In this document: positions 14,168 through 27,734 of the stretch, piece by piece | Layout of the letters: every line of letters begins with the position of its first letter | How positions within the stretch are numbered: position 1 is the stretch's first letter | NCBI RefSeq assembly: GCF_009914755.1 | Contig: NC_060945.1 | From: the human T2T-CHM13v2.0 reference genome, Homo sapiens | Strand: one strand, 5' to 3' | DNA length: 64,000 nucleotides | The notes under the pieces: generated by a model | The model's database searches: none | Seen by the model: only the letters and a program-made list of their open reading frames with translations | What the model was told of the DNA's origin: nothing | Translations under genes and position numbers: made by a program

Positions 14168-14575
14168 GTATCACAGGTTGGGTTCTACAGGAAGCAGACT
14201 CTGTGATGGAGTTTAGCATACAGTATGTTTCCTAGAGAATGCTCTTGGGATCGCCACCAGTGACAAGGAAGAGATGTGAGCAGCAATGGGCAGAGGAAAA
14301 GGTGAAGAGTGAAGGAGGCCACTGCCTCTTCATAATCGGAGCTATCCTGTTTTGCACTGAAGTGGTCTGGTCTTTGTACCCCAATGTCTACCAGTCATTT
14401 ACTGTAGCCACCACAGAAGTGTGTGGCCTTTGGCCAGACTGCTCTTAGCAGCTGAGACAACCCTGTGAGGACTTGGCAACTAAAGGCTCTCTGCTGGCAC
14501 CTATCCCAGCAAACTTTGGGGTGACAAATCCTCCTTGAAGGTTGTCTGGGTGGTGCAGCTTCATGTCCCCCACTG
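14168..14575. mobile_element. ERVL LTR (LTR33/LTR16-like)
   Basis: GGTTGGGTTC...GGAAGCAGACTCTG motif recalled from ERVL LTRs. Confidence 0.5.
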
Positions 14576-14622
14576 GGTCATTCCCTGATTGCTTTTATTA
14601 CAGATTCTCTCCCTGCAGTTTT

Positions 14623-15037
<415 letters not shown>

Positions 15038-15349
15038 TGAAATAGAACTTATTGATAGTTTCCCAAATTCTGGCTCCTTCTGGGAAACATCTAACCTCCT
15101 CCTTTTTTTCTCCAGTTGGATCTCTTGAGATTCCTCTATATCACCTTCTTTCCCCCCGGAATTACTCCCTAGCTTGCTTCTTGAAACTAAGTCGGTCTAG
15201 GTATGTTCTTTGAGTTCTAGTCCCCTTTTCTCTCTCATTATGGGTCTAGTTTAGCTTCTGAATACTCAAACACCCTCTGTATCTTGAAGTTTTAGCACTC
15301 AGCCAGCTTGTCCTCTGTTGTTTCTTAGAGCTAACCCTGTTATCTGAGT

Positions 15350-15570
15350 CAGAATCCATCTCTACAAAAAATACAAAAATTAGTCAGGCGTGGTGGTGCG
15401 TGCCTGCAGTGGTGGTGCATGCCAGCTACTTGTGGAGTTGAGGTGGGAGGATCACTTGAGCCTGAGAGATCGAGGCTGCAGTGAGCCATTTTCACCCCAC
15501 TGCACTCCAGCCTGGGTGATAAAAAGAGAGCTCCTGTCTCCAAAACAAAACAAAACAAACAAAAAAACAG
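15350..15570 (+). mobile_element. AluJ/FRAM-like right arm
   Basis: GGGAGGATCACTTGAGCC diagnostic; (CAAAA)n tail. Confidence 0.85.
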
Positions 15571-16143
15571 TCCAACTACCAACTATATGTGACTTACAAT
15601 AAACCAACTAATGGAAAAGGAAAGGTATACTGAAATATTGAAAGTAACAAAATATAAAATCATACACCATGCAAACATAAACCAAACAAACAAAAGCTGG
15701 TATAACTTTATTGATATCAGGAAATAGAGACTTTAAAGCAAACATTATTACACACGTGATAAAGAGGGCACTTGAAAATAATTGAAGATTCAATTCACTA
15801 GTTTGAAATAAATTTAATGTTGTGTGTACTTCATATCATATTCTCAAAACACATAAAGGGAAAAGTGCCAAAAGCACAAGGAAAAATACCCAAATTCACA
15901 ATCACAGCAAAAGATTTTACACACTTTTATGCATAATGGAAAAAGCAAGCATACAGACAAATTCATAAGAGATTTAGACAAATTGAACAATGCAATTAGT
16001 GAATTCAATATCTTTGTTTATCTTTCTATATCCATCTGACTGCCACCCCACAAACAAGAACACTGCACAGTTAGAGACGGAAACTTATACAAGGTCATAG
16101 AGCAAGTCATTAAAAATTGTAGAGTTTTAAATCATATGTATAT

Positions 16144-16305
16144 CAAAGGTTGGTAAAATATGGACCAGAGGCCACCTCTAGCCTGCTGCCTCTTTTTGTA
16201 ATAAACTTTTATTGTAATAATACAGCCTCACTCATTCCATTACTATTGTCTGTGGTTGCTTTCATACTACAATGGCAGAGTTAAGGAATTGTGTCAGAGA
16301 CCTAA
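16144..16305 (+). mobile_element. MER58A-like hAT element
   Basis: TTTTTGTAATAAACTTTTATTG...CTACAATGGCAGAGTT matches the recalled consensus. Confidence 0.75.
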
Positions 16306-16317
16306 TGTTCCCAAGAT

Positions 16318-16555
16318 TTGGGGTTCTGCTAACTTAGTGATCTTGGTTTCCAAGGGAGGAATGCTTCCACCAGAGATGCTTTAATATGGTTCCATTAAAC
16401 TGGAAGCTGAGCCCACACGTGGCCACTTGGAGCTCCCCATGCTAGTAAATCAACAGGAAAAGAAGAAAATGAATGTTATGGCTGGGAAATTAATTCTGAC
16501 TATCTGGAGGATATGGATTGCTACTACAAAAAGCGCTGAAATAGAAGTAGGTCTA
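16318..16555 (+). mobile_element. ERVL internal fragment (dUTPase region)
   Basis: GGGAGGAATGCTTCCACCAG...TTCCATTAAACTGGAAG...GGCCAC...CAACAGG pattern typical of HERV-L dut. Confidence 0.6.
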
Positions 16556-16586
16556 ATCCACAGTGAGTTGGTTGTTATTTAATCTG

Positions 16587-16602
16587 TCCAGTAGATGGTG
16601 CC
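16587..16602 (+). promoter_or_regulatory. CTCF-like motif TCCAGTAGATGGTGCC
   Basis: One mismatch to the CTCF core consensus; same orientation as the 10486 motif. Confidence 0.55.
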
Positions 16603-18008
16603 AAAGTAATATTCGTAGATGATTAGGCATTCTCACAGGCTATTCCAAGATGAAGATTTGTTCCCACAGCCAACCATCCTTTTTTGCCTTGGAAAGGTGA
16701 AGTCTACATTTGCAATTGCTAATGCCAGCTGGACAGCCCCCTGCCTATATATTGAAACTGGATGGTAGTGCTAGTTTTACTTTTGGTATTGAAAGAACAA
16801 AGGTCAAACCATTATCTTAGAGCTTTTATAGCCCTTTACTGATAAGTTTTTACGAAATCATAAAATAAACATATTCTGAAATTAAATCAGAAAGTGTTGT
16901 GAACATGAAGTCAACAATTTACAGTCATATATCATATTTTTAATTTTAGAGGCTATTTGAAAGGTGTGCTCTATTTTAAATTCACACTACATACACTGTT
17001 TTTTCCCAGTGTTAGCCTTTAATCCTAAACAAGAGCACTTGTTAAGTACTGTTTGATCTTTTATAGAGGCTGTTCCATCAGCTGAATAGTCAAGACGCTG
17101 TAAAGGGTTTCAGTTTAAATTTACAAAGCTATACATAATAAAAATCATTTGCTAAGCAAAGTAGAAGAAAAGTCAAAACATAAAAGGATTTAATTGTTTT
17201 TGGCAAAATGGTTGAGAGCACAGACTCTGGAGAGAAAAAAAATCTGGATTCCAATGCTTGTTCTGTATGATCTGGGACAAAGTTCTCAGGTTTTATTCTG
17301 AACCTTTTGTTTCCTCAGCTATATAATGCAGGTAATAATGGTTTCTTCCTCATAACTTTGCTCTAAGATAACATGAGTACAAATCCCTGGGAATATGCTT
17401 AGCATGTAAGTCCTAAATAAATGCTAACAATATTAATTATATTATCATTATTTAACAAATGTTGAACTTTGTGAACTCATGTCTAAAATATCAAAATTTT
17501 AATGTGTAATTTGGACCTTTCATCTACAGTAAATTTGTCTTTTTTGTTTTTAAAATATCTATGGAAACCATCTTTTGTTATAGAATGCAATGCTGTCTTC
17601 CATTTAAATAGCATGACACTGAGTATATTTAATTGAATTTGAATGGATTTCAATTAAATCAGGATTTAAATTGTAAATCAGACAATTTACTCATTCTTTT
17701 CTCTGAATGACACATTCTGGTTCAACAGACCAATATTTATATTCTTGAAAATTTAAATATAGTTGCAAATTTTGTATTAAAATATAATAAATATTTCAGA
17801 ACTCATACCTCATGGATTTCAAATAAGGCATCCTACAATATAGTTCCGTTGATTCTGTAGCTACAATCAGACACGCGTTTTGTTCGAGTTCTAAAAGTTT
17901 GCTCGAGCCAACTTTAATGGGACCACTGAAACTTCCCAACAGTTTCATTTACAGAGGTTGCTGCACCTGTGCTACATTGAGAACACATCAATAAAGCCTT
18001 GACAACTT

Positions 18009-18330
18009 TGAGACAGCCAATTAAAAAGAGCTCCCCAGAGAATCTCCAATCGGCCTGTGCACTGGGAGGACAGAGTGGAGCCTTGGGAAGTTCCCCCCAT
18101 TTGCAGGGGGAAGGAACCTGGTCCCTCCTCTTCCTGTGAAGTAACCTGGGATTCTATTTGTGAGATGGGGGCCTGTTAACAGGAACCCCTCTTGTTTTAC
18201 TGTATTATTTTCCTTTTTGCCCAATAAATTCCATAATCCCCGCACCCTTCAAAGTGTCTGTGAGCCTAATCTTTCCTGGTCCTGTGACCAGGAAACAACC
18301 CAATTTTTAGCTGAACTAAGGAGAAAGTTT
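18009..18330 (+). mobile_element. ERV1 LTR (MER61-like)
   Basis: TGAGACAGCC start, CCCAATAAA signal, TTTTAGCTGAACTAAGGAG end. Confidence 0.7.
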
Positions 18331-18439
18331 AGTAAGGAAATTATAGTCTACCAAAGGATTAAACATATTTTGATGCAATAATCATTGAAATCTTATTTAT
18401 TATATTGGCATAAAATTATATCAATGAAAAAATAGAAGT

Positions 18440-18590
18440 TTCAGAAATAGACACAATGGATTATGATAATTTAGAATATAAAGAAGTACACATTGAATAT
18501 TGGTGAGCTGAAGAAAGTTCAGAAATAGACACAATGGATTATGATAATTTAGAATATAAGGAAGTACACATTAAATATTGGTGAACTGAA
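18440..18590 (+). repeat. Tandem duplication, two 73-bp copies, period 78
   Basis: 18440-18512 versus 18518-18590, 3 mismatches. Confidence 0.95.
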
Positions 18591-20594
18591 TAGTATTTAA
18601 TCAATACTGTGATAAATGAATTGTTCAGAAAAGACTAGATGCACACATTTTAACATATTAAAAAATAAATTCTAGAAAGATTAAAAGGGCAATTTTTTAA
18701 ATCAAATGTTAAGAAAACCAATCTTTTCAAAAATTCTGCAAGAGTTTTAGTGCTATTTGCATAGTATGACTGGGAAAGTTTATCTGAAAAAAGTTAAATG
18801 GCCTGCCTGGGCCACAATGTTAATTAGCAGAAGAGCAAGGAATCAAATACAAATTGATTTGAACATAAAACCTACAATTGTTGATTAAAATTCTATATAA
18901 ATTACTTAGAAGAGTCCTCAGCGTGTTTTAGACTAGATAACCTTATTATTAGTGGTGGTGATGTCATCATCACTATCATTATTACCCACAGAGCAGGAAG
19001 ATGAGTGTAAAGTTAAGTGAAATAAATGTATCAATTTATAAATAAATAACATTCTGGGGACAATGTAAGTTACTAGTATGCTTTTGGATAATGTTGCCAA
19101 AGGTTAAGCAGAACCATTAGAATGCTGAAACCTCCTGAACTAGTAATTCTATGTAATTCATTTCAAAGTAATAAAAAGAAGTGAGTAAAAACACTTCTGC
19201 ACAAAGAAGCTTATGTCATAGTAAAAACTTGGAAATAATAAGATGTTGAATAATTGACATTATTAAATTATGCTACATTAGCATAATAAAATATTAGGTA
19301 GTTATTTTTAATGATAATTATGGGGATAATGCAGGAAAACTATTTGTGAAACCTAAAAATGGAAAAAAATAAATGTAAACATGGTAAAATTGTAACTAAA
19401 TGCAATAATAGAGCTTATTTAAGAACTGGAGCACAGAAAATTACACATAGAGTTGTCATGGGGTGGAGGTGAGGATAGAGTTTAGGCGATCTTTTTCTTT
19501 GCTCTTTTTAATGTTTTCAAATGTTTTTATAAAATAGGCAGTAATACATTTAGGCAATTTGCTTAATATGTTCATGGATATAATTATAATTTCCAAATAT
19601 AAATGTAAGTATATTTGGCTAAGTTCAAAATAATGTGAGCTTTAATTAATTGTTTCAGCGATTTCAAAGAGAGAAATTCAACATGTTAAATAATATAGGT
19701 TTTCAGATTTCTCTTTCTTTTTGTTCAAATTTGGAAAGTTTTTTTATCCTTAAATTAATTCTCAATTAATAATCATTGAGGGAGAAACTGTATCTATATT
19801 TTTATAGGAATCTTCTTTAATGAAGGTTAATCACTTTGGTAGTCTTTGAAGAATTTAAAGACTTTTCCGACTTCTCTCTCTGTTCACTAATGTGCAATTT
19901 TGAAAGCCAAATTAATGAAACTCTTCCTTGCATAGCTCATCCTTATCCCATAAATTCATCTAGTTAAAGTAAATAGGAAGATAATGACTACATTCTTGTG
20001 TCATAACCACCACCTTTGCTTTAATATATAAAGATCGATGGTGAGTCGAAGTATGAGAACATTGACCAAGGAGGAGGCTGGAAATGAGGTTGAAATTGTG
20101 AACTAACCTGTTGTGACCTTTTTTTTAAACCTTTACAGTACACATGATTTTATTGTGTCTACTTCTATACTTAAAAGATATTAGCTTTAATTTGAAATGA
20201 TTTTTTAAATGATAAGACTCCTTTGTCAATCGTCATCCTTGACTGAATTCCATCTGCTGTTCCTAATACGATAATTCGTTGGATCTAAGATGTCAATGAT
20301 TGTGAGCCTTATCATTATTTCCTGAACTACTAAGAAAAAAATCTACAAATTAAACTATAACCAACAATGCTTTCTTGTCTATGAGATGTGTTATTTTATA
20401 CTTATTTAGATCACTTGTTTAGGTTTTAGTCAGGATAAAACTTCTGTACAAAGTCTAAACAAGCACTGTGGTCTTGGGTTTCTTCCAAATTCTAACACCT
20501 GTTCTGCAAGTTTAAATGCCAGGGTCTCCTTGAATATTACCAAATAACCATATTTCTTGCTCTTCTTCTCTCTCAGGTATTTTCTTAAACACAC

Positions 20595-21185
20595 TGAAGG
20601 AATTCAGAACATGATACCCCACAATATACTGCTTTGGTATATGGATTATTTTTAGCTGAAGGCTCTTGGAAAATAGCAAAGGCAGGGAGAAACATTTGCT
20701 GAACTCCCTTTATCTACATAAAGACAAACCCTCCATATGAAACAATTGTCATCAATCACTTTTACAGGAGTTTTGTCAACCAGGAAAGATTGACTCATCA
20801 CAGGAGAGGGGACTAGAAGTTGACATCACACCCAGACGAACTTTGCCACAAACTGTCATATTTCCCACCCCTTCTTCTTCTAAAGTCCACTCACCTTTCC
20901 TAAAAATTATTTACCCTTCCCTAAGTTATCTATGCCCCCCTCTATTTCCCTGTATTCTCCTATATATTATGTCCCTTTGTATATGGTATATGTGCTCCAG
21001 AATCTCACTGCTTTGTTTTTTTTGGATATTCACTTTTTCTCTGCAATGTCCCTGCACACATAATACTAAAAATTAAGAAACGTACATTCTTTTTCTCCTG
21101 TTAACTTTAATGTTTTCAGTTTATTTCACAGCCTCGCTATCAAACCTACGAGGGTAGAGAAGGAAAGTCTTTCCTCACTCTAACT
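20595..21185 (+). mobile_element. MER34-like ERV1 LTR
   Basis: TGAAGGAATTCAGAACATGATACCCC...TTTGG...GATTATTTT start. Confidence 0.7.
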
Positions 21186-22338
21186 CTTTTTCAGTGAGTC
21201 CTTCCCTGACCACCGTATACAAATTGTGACATTACCCATATTCCTATCCCTCTTCTCTTCATTATTCTTCTTAACACCACTTATTGTCATGTGACATCAA
21301 AACCTTTCATTATTTGGATGTGTATTGTCTGTTCCCCAAACACACTAGAATATACATTTTATGTTGGAGGGATTTTTCTTCCTCTGTTTTTTCTTTCCAG
21401 CACTTCCCATAATGCCTACCCCTTATTATAATAGGAATGCAATAAATACATGATGGGTAAATAAATGACTATTCACCTAAACTACAGAAAATTCAGAAAA
21501 GTTCTTCTAGTTCACAGTAATCTCCTTCCCCCTGAAAGACAGACTACTCACACTGAGAAAATTCACTTCTCTCTTAACCCTATTCGATGTTGACACGTAT
21601 AGCTGACGGAGTCGTTTCATAGCTGTGTTAATATTAATACACATGCAAGTTGCCACAGCTCTCGGGCTTTGGGGGCACCATCTCCTTCCATTCTGAATAA
21701 ATTGATGATAAAACTACTTCTGGTCAACTCTGGGATTATCAGCCATATGACTCCTTCAAGTTATTTAATTTCTGAAAAACTCATGAGTTTGGTTGTATGG
21801 ACTCAATTAAATACTGAATATAAATAACATAGTATAACATCTGACACATAAAAGCACTATACATATTAACTATTATTCAGTTTTGACCTTAAAGTCCTCA
21901 GGGCTCTGTTCTAGCACTCTACATTAGTTTGATCAAAATATTCAAATCTGTCTGAAATGCATTATGTACAGAAAGGACAGATTCATGGGGCATGGCTCAA
22001 TACATATTCATTTAAATAGAATAAATGTGGAATTTACTCCATCGATGTCTCCCTGGAAACCAAACAATTCAGAAGGTGGTGCAGAAAGATAGACGGAGAA
22101 ATAAAGAATACAGTCCTGCTCTAGGTTTAGCAATATTTAGTCATGGACAGATTACATATTTTCAAATAATTTACACTCTAGAAAGAATGAAAAAAACAAA
22201 CATAAAGAAAAGTGTTTAGATTTCTGTCCATGTTATTCCTGTACCTGAAATGGTTTGCCTTCAACTGTTTTGTGGCCAGTTCATTCATCATGTTTAGCTT
22301 TTTCAGAGAGCCTTCTCTAACTAATCTAGATGGTGGAG

Positions 22339-22728
22339 TGATATGGTTTGGACCAGTGTCCCCGCTCAAATCGCGTATCGAACTGTAATCCCCAGTGTTG
22401 GAGGTGGGACCTGGTGGGAGGGATTGGATCATGAGGGCAGTTTCTAATGGTGTAGCACCATCCCCCTGGTGCTGTTTCCCAACTGAGTTCTCACAGGATC
22501 TGGTTTAAAATGTGTGGCACCTACCCGATCTCTCTCTGTTTCTCCTGCTCCGGCGGTGTAAGAAGTGTCTGCTTCCCCTTCGCCTTCCTCCATGATTGTA
22601 AGTTTCCTGAGGCATCCCCAGCCATGCTTCCTGTACAGGCTGTGGAACTGTGAGCCAATTAGGCCTTTCTTTATAAATTATTCTGTCTCAGGTATTTCTT
22701 TATAGCAGTGCGAGAATGGACTAATACG
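22339..22728 (+). mobile_element. MSTA-type MaLR solo LTR
   Basis: TGATATGGTTTGG...GACTAATAC termini; TSD TGGAG/TGGAA. Confidence 0.9.
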
Positions 22729-24959
22729 TGGAACCTTGATAAATTATTATCTAATATTACATCCTATTCATTTTATCTATAGTACTGTACATTTTTTGTT
22801 GTTTTTATTACTATTTTGCTATACTCATTTCTTCTGGGTTTCTTCTACTAGTGTAGAATCTAGTGAGGACAGGAACAAATTACTACACTTCTGGCATGTA
22901 CCAGAAGGCTTGACACACAAAAGGTAGTCAATTAACACTTGTTAAATATATCAATTAAATAAAGAACAGTGTTCAGCAAAATACAGTCAAGGAGTTTTGA
23001 AGAAATTCTTTAAAAATATTTGAAAAATTGTTTTGCTAAATCATATCCAGACAACTTTAGGATCACAATAAAAAATGATTAAAAAAAACTGTATTACCCT
23101 TTGTTAATGTAAAAATGAGCAGATTTTGTATCCTCTCTCTCGCATTTGCAAATCAGTAATTATGTGAGCCAAAGGGAGAGTGTCAGATTGGCATAGTGGA
23201 AAAATAATCACAAAGATCCTGGATTCAAGGAAATCTGATGTTTTTCTCTGTTTTTTTTTTCCAATTGTAATGTCGGCAAAGTCACTGAACTCTCTCGGCC
23301 TTGTCTCCTCCTCTGTGACCTGGTAGGCATGAAATAAACCTTGAGAACCCTGCAGTCTTTTCTACTATTACTTTGATTTTCATTTCTCTAGTACTGTTTT
23401 TTAACTCACTCAAAAACAGTGCAACTTCCACTTGCTTTTAATAAATAGAAGCACAAAGTAACTTTGTGACTTTTGCTAATGTTCTTCTAACTCCATTTTA
23501 CTATCAGCTCTCATCTTAGGAGGACTGGGGAGAAAAAAACTTGGTGATTTTTCCCAACGCTGACAGATCTTGAGGTGTGAACTTCACAGAGAGAAACCTG
23601 TGCATATTTAATAGAAATAAACCAAGAAGTTAATTTTAAAAACATGTTTAATTCTCCCTGTGGAAATCAACACCTGCCCTTTCGCTGCTTAATATCGTTA
23701 TTATGATGAGTTTGGAAGTTCTGAATAGATGCAGCCATGCTTATTACTAGGAAAAATGTGATAGCCATGTTCAATAGAGAATAAAGTTGTCGACCCCAAA
23801 TGACAGACCTGCATGTAGATTTCCCATAAGACCATCTTTATGTCCAGTAAAAGACAGCCAAGTCCCCCTTTAACAGGCAGCACTCTTGGCAGAGACAGTA
23901 GACTATTGCCTGGTTTGTCACTCCAAGGGCATATTTGAATTGCATTCTGTTGACTGATTGTTTAAATATAACTCATAAAAGTTTATCCTCCTTGAGACAT
24001 TCAGTACTTTGACCCTGACCTCAGTTCCCTATCACTTTCCTAGCTTCAGCTTTTTCTGTGTCCAAACAAAATGACCTCAGTAACAGACATCCTCACAGCC
24101 ACTTTTGATTCTTGCTTCTTTTGGACATTTTACAGATCCTCTATGTTAAGTCCAATCATTTCTTCTGTCACTACTGCTCCCATGTTTAAAGCATATCTAG
24201 GACTATGGCCCTAGAGTTATGCCCGATTGCTGTACTTCACATTTATGGTTTCCAGCCTCAGCTAAGCCTTCATCTCTATACCTTTTAAGACATGGCTCTA
24301 AATAATGATTGTGGTGTTTACTGCATTGTGTACATACAACACGTCAGGGTCTGTATGCTGCATTTTACACTAAGTATCTTTTTCAGTACTTTGGATGCCC
24401 TGTGAGGTAAAAATGAGGCTGAGGAAACTGAGGCAAAGAAATAAGAGGTTACAAAATTTGTCTTGTTTTATACAGGTAGAAAATGCCAAACGAGTTGCAC
24501 ACTCTGGTTTCTCTCACACCTACGCCCCTGCTTACAAGAAGCCCTCGATCAGCTCCTCCCTCTCTATGCTGAGACAGTTGGCAAAGTGTAGGGGTGGAGG
24601 TTCTGGCAAAGAATTCTTAAAGCACGTGTTGAAGAATTATGTATGTGTTTAAAAACACATCAGCCTAATGGAGAAATCTCAGTTAATATTTATTTTTGTC
24701 TACTTTTATAACTAACGCATGATGGCTGTAGAAAATTTGGAAAATGCATAAAAAAAAATATATATATATATATATAAAGAAAAAAAGAAAATCATTCATA
24801 ATCTCACTACCCAGAGGGGACTACCATTAACATCTGATTCTTTGCAATGTTAAATAATTTAACATCTTTAAATAATTTGACATTTTTAAACAAAAGGCAA
24901 CTTAATTATTATTTATATAATTGATATATAATTGTGATATATATATAATACAAATACAC

Positions 24960-25636
24960 AGGCATTTGGAAGATATTTATAACTCAGGGAACTAATATTT
25001 TGAACTACCAATACATGATGTTACAAAATTATGAAAGAATAAAATATCCACTCAAAATGCAAGATAGACCAACAGTTTTCATATAATAAAGCACAAAAGA
25101 TTTACCAATATGGTTTCAGATTCCACATTGTGAATAACTTTGAAGATGCTACCAAAATGTTGGTATTATCTCAAAGAAAAATATACAGAATTTCCTGAAA
25201 GCTAATTGAAGTTGTCTGCCTCTTCCAACTACATATGTGTATACATCCAGGCTTTCTTCATCTACTTCAATCAAAACAAAATATCTCAACAGATTGAATA
25301 AAGAAGCAGGTATGGGAGTCCAACTATCTTCTACTAAACCAGACATTAAAATGTTAAATTATATTAAAACATAAATGTTAAAATGATATCAAACCAATGG
25401 CAACCTTCTCAAAGTTTTGAAAATATATGGATTTTTACAAATAAGTAATATATCATTTACATGCAATAGGTTTATCTTTAAATAAATTGACAAATAAATA
25501 TATTTTAATTTAAATTTTAATTTCTAATTTGATAAATATAGGTAGATAGAGTATACACAAACTGAAGTTAATTGGGTCCTCAACAATTTTGAAATATATA
25601 AAAGGTCCTACATTCAAAACCTTTGAGAACCATGAT
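24960..25636 (+). mobile_element. hAT-Charlie transposon 3' remnant
   Basis: Decayed transposase C-terminus (TTCCAACTACATAT..., AAACCAGACATTAAA) and a TTTGAGAACCA terminal-repeat-like end. Confidence 0.6.
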
Positions 25637-25651
25637 CTAAAAGAAATGCAC

Positions 25652-26008
<357 letters not shown>

Positions 26009-26509
26009 TTATCACAGCACTGACCACAGAGTTAGCCTACGTATTGATCACAATGTGACTAGATAAGTAATAATCATAATACTTTATGCAGTCTTTACCA
26101 TGTCCCCTTGTTGTTCTAAACGTTTTGCTTATTATATGATTAAGTCATGTAATTGTTACAACAAACTTATGAGGAAGGCATGACTATTACTTATATTTTA
26201 TAGGTGAGAAAGTGAGCCCTGAGATGTTCATGACTTGCTGGTAAGCATTGGAGGCCACAATTTAAGCCCACAGTCTTACATTAAAGCCTATGTGCTTAAT
26301 CACTCTGCTATGGGAGTTCCTCTAGAATGTGGTATTTGAATGGAACAAAGCAGCATGCAGTAGTCAGAAACCATAGGTGAGGACTGCATAGCCTCGCATG
26401 GGTAAGGTGCCTTACAAATAATGTCATTTTTTAAAATGTGGGAAGAGGGGGGTTGTTTGTATGGTAGAAATAAAGAGATGATCAAAGTATGTCACAAATT
26501 GCAGTTTAT

Positions 26510-27212
<703 letters not shown>

Positions 27213-27662
27213 CATATAAGAAGAAATTTTTTTTTCCTTAGGTTCACAATACTTAAAGAGACGAGGAATAGGAAGAACAAATCTCACAGGGAATATGCTT
27301 GATAGATGAGGTACATTGACTACACGGTGAGTGAATTCCAAAATTACTGAAGTCTAATGGGTCAATTAGGATGGAAGCAGGCCTCTGTAGAAAGTAAAGT
27401 CTAGTTAAAATTTGAGGTATATATTTACATAAGTGGTTCTCAGGTGAGACTGTCATGACTGACAAAGCAGAGATCTTAGATTACAGGCAAGGTGACTGGT
27501 GTTGGCAGGGCTTCAGAGATTAGCTCAAAGGCTAACAGGGTGCAGCTCTGTCAGGGCGGAGGGCTCAGTCTTCCGAGAAGCAGCTGACAGTGTAGCCCTG
27601 GGTCAGCATATGTAGGGAGGTAGCTCACAGAGTGTAGACTACCATGTTCTAAGCTCTCAGAT

Positions 27663-27698
<36 letters not shown>

Positions 27699-27702
27699 CA
27701 TA

Positions 27703-27732
<30 letters not shown>
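27663..27732. repeat. Compound (TG)n(TA)n microsatellite
   Basis: Seen directly. Confidence 0.93.
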
Positions 27733-27734
<2 letters not shown>

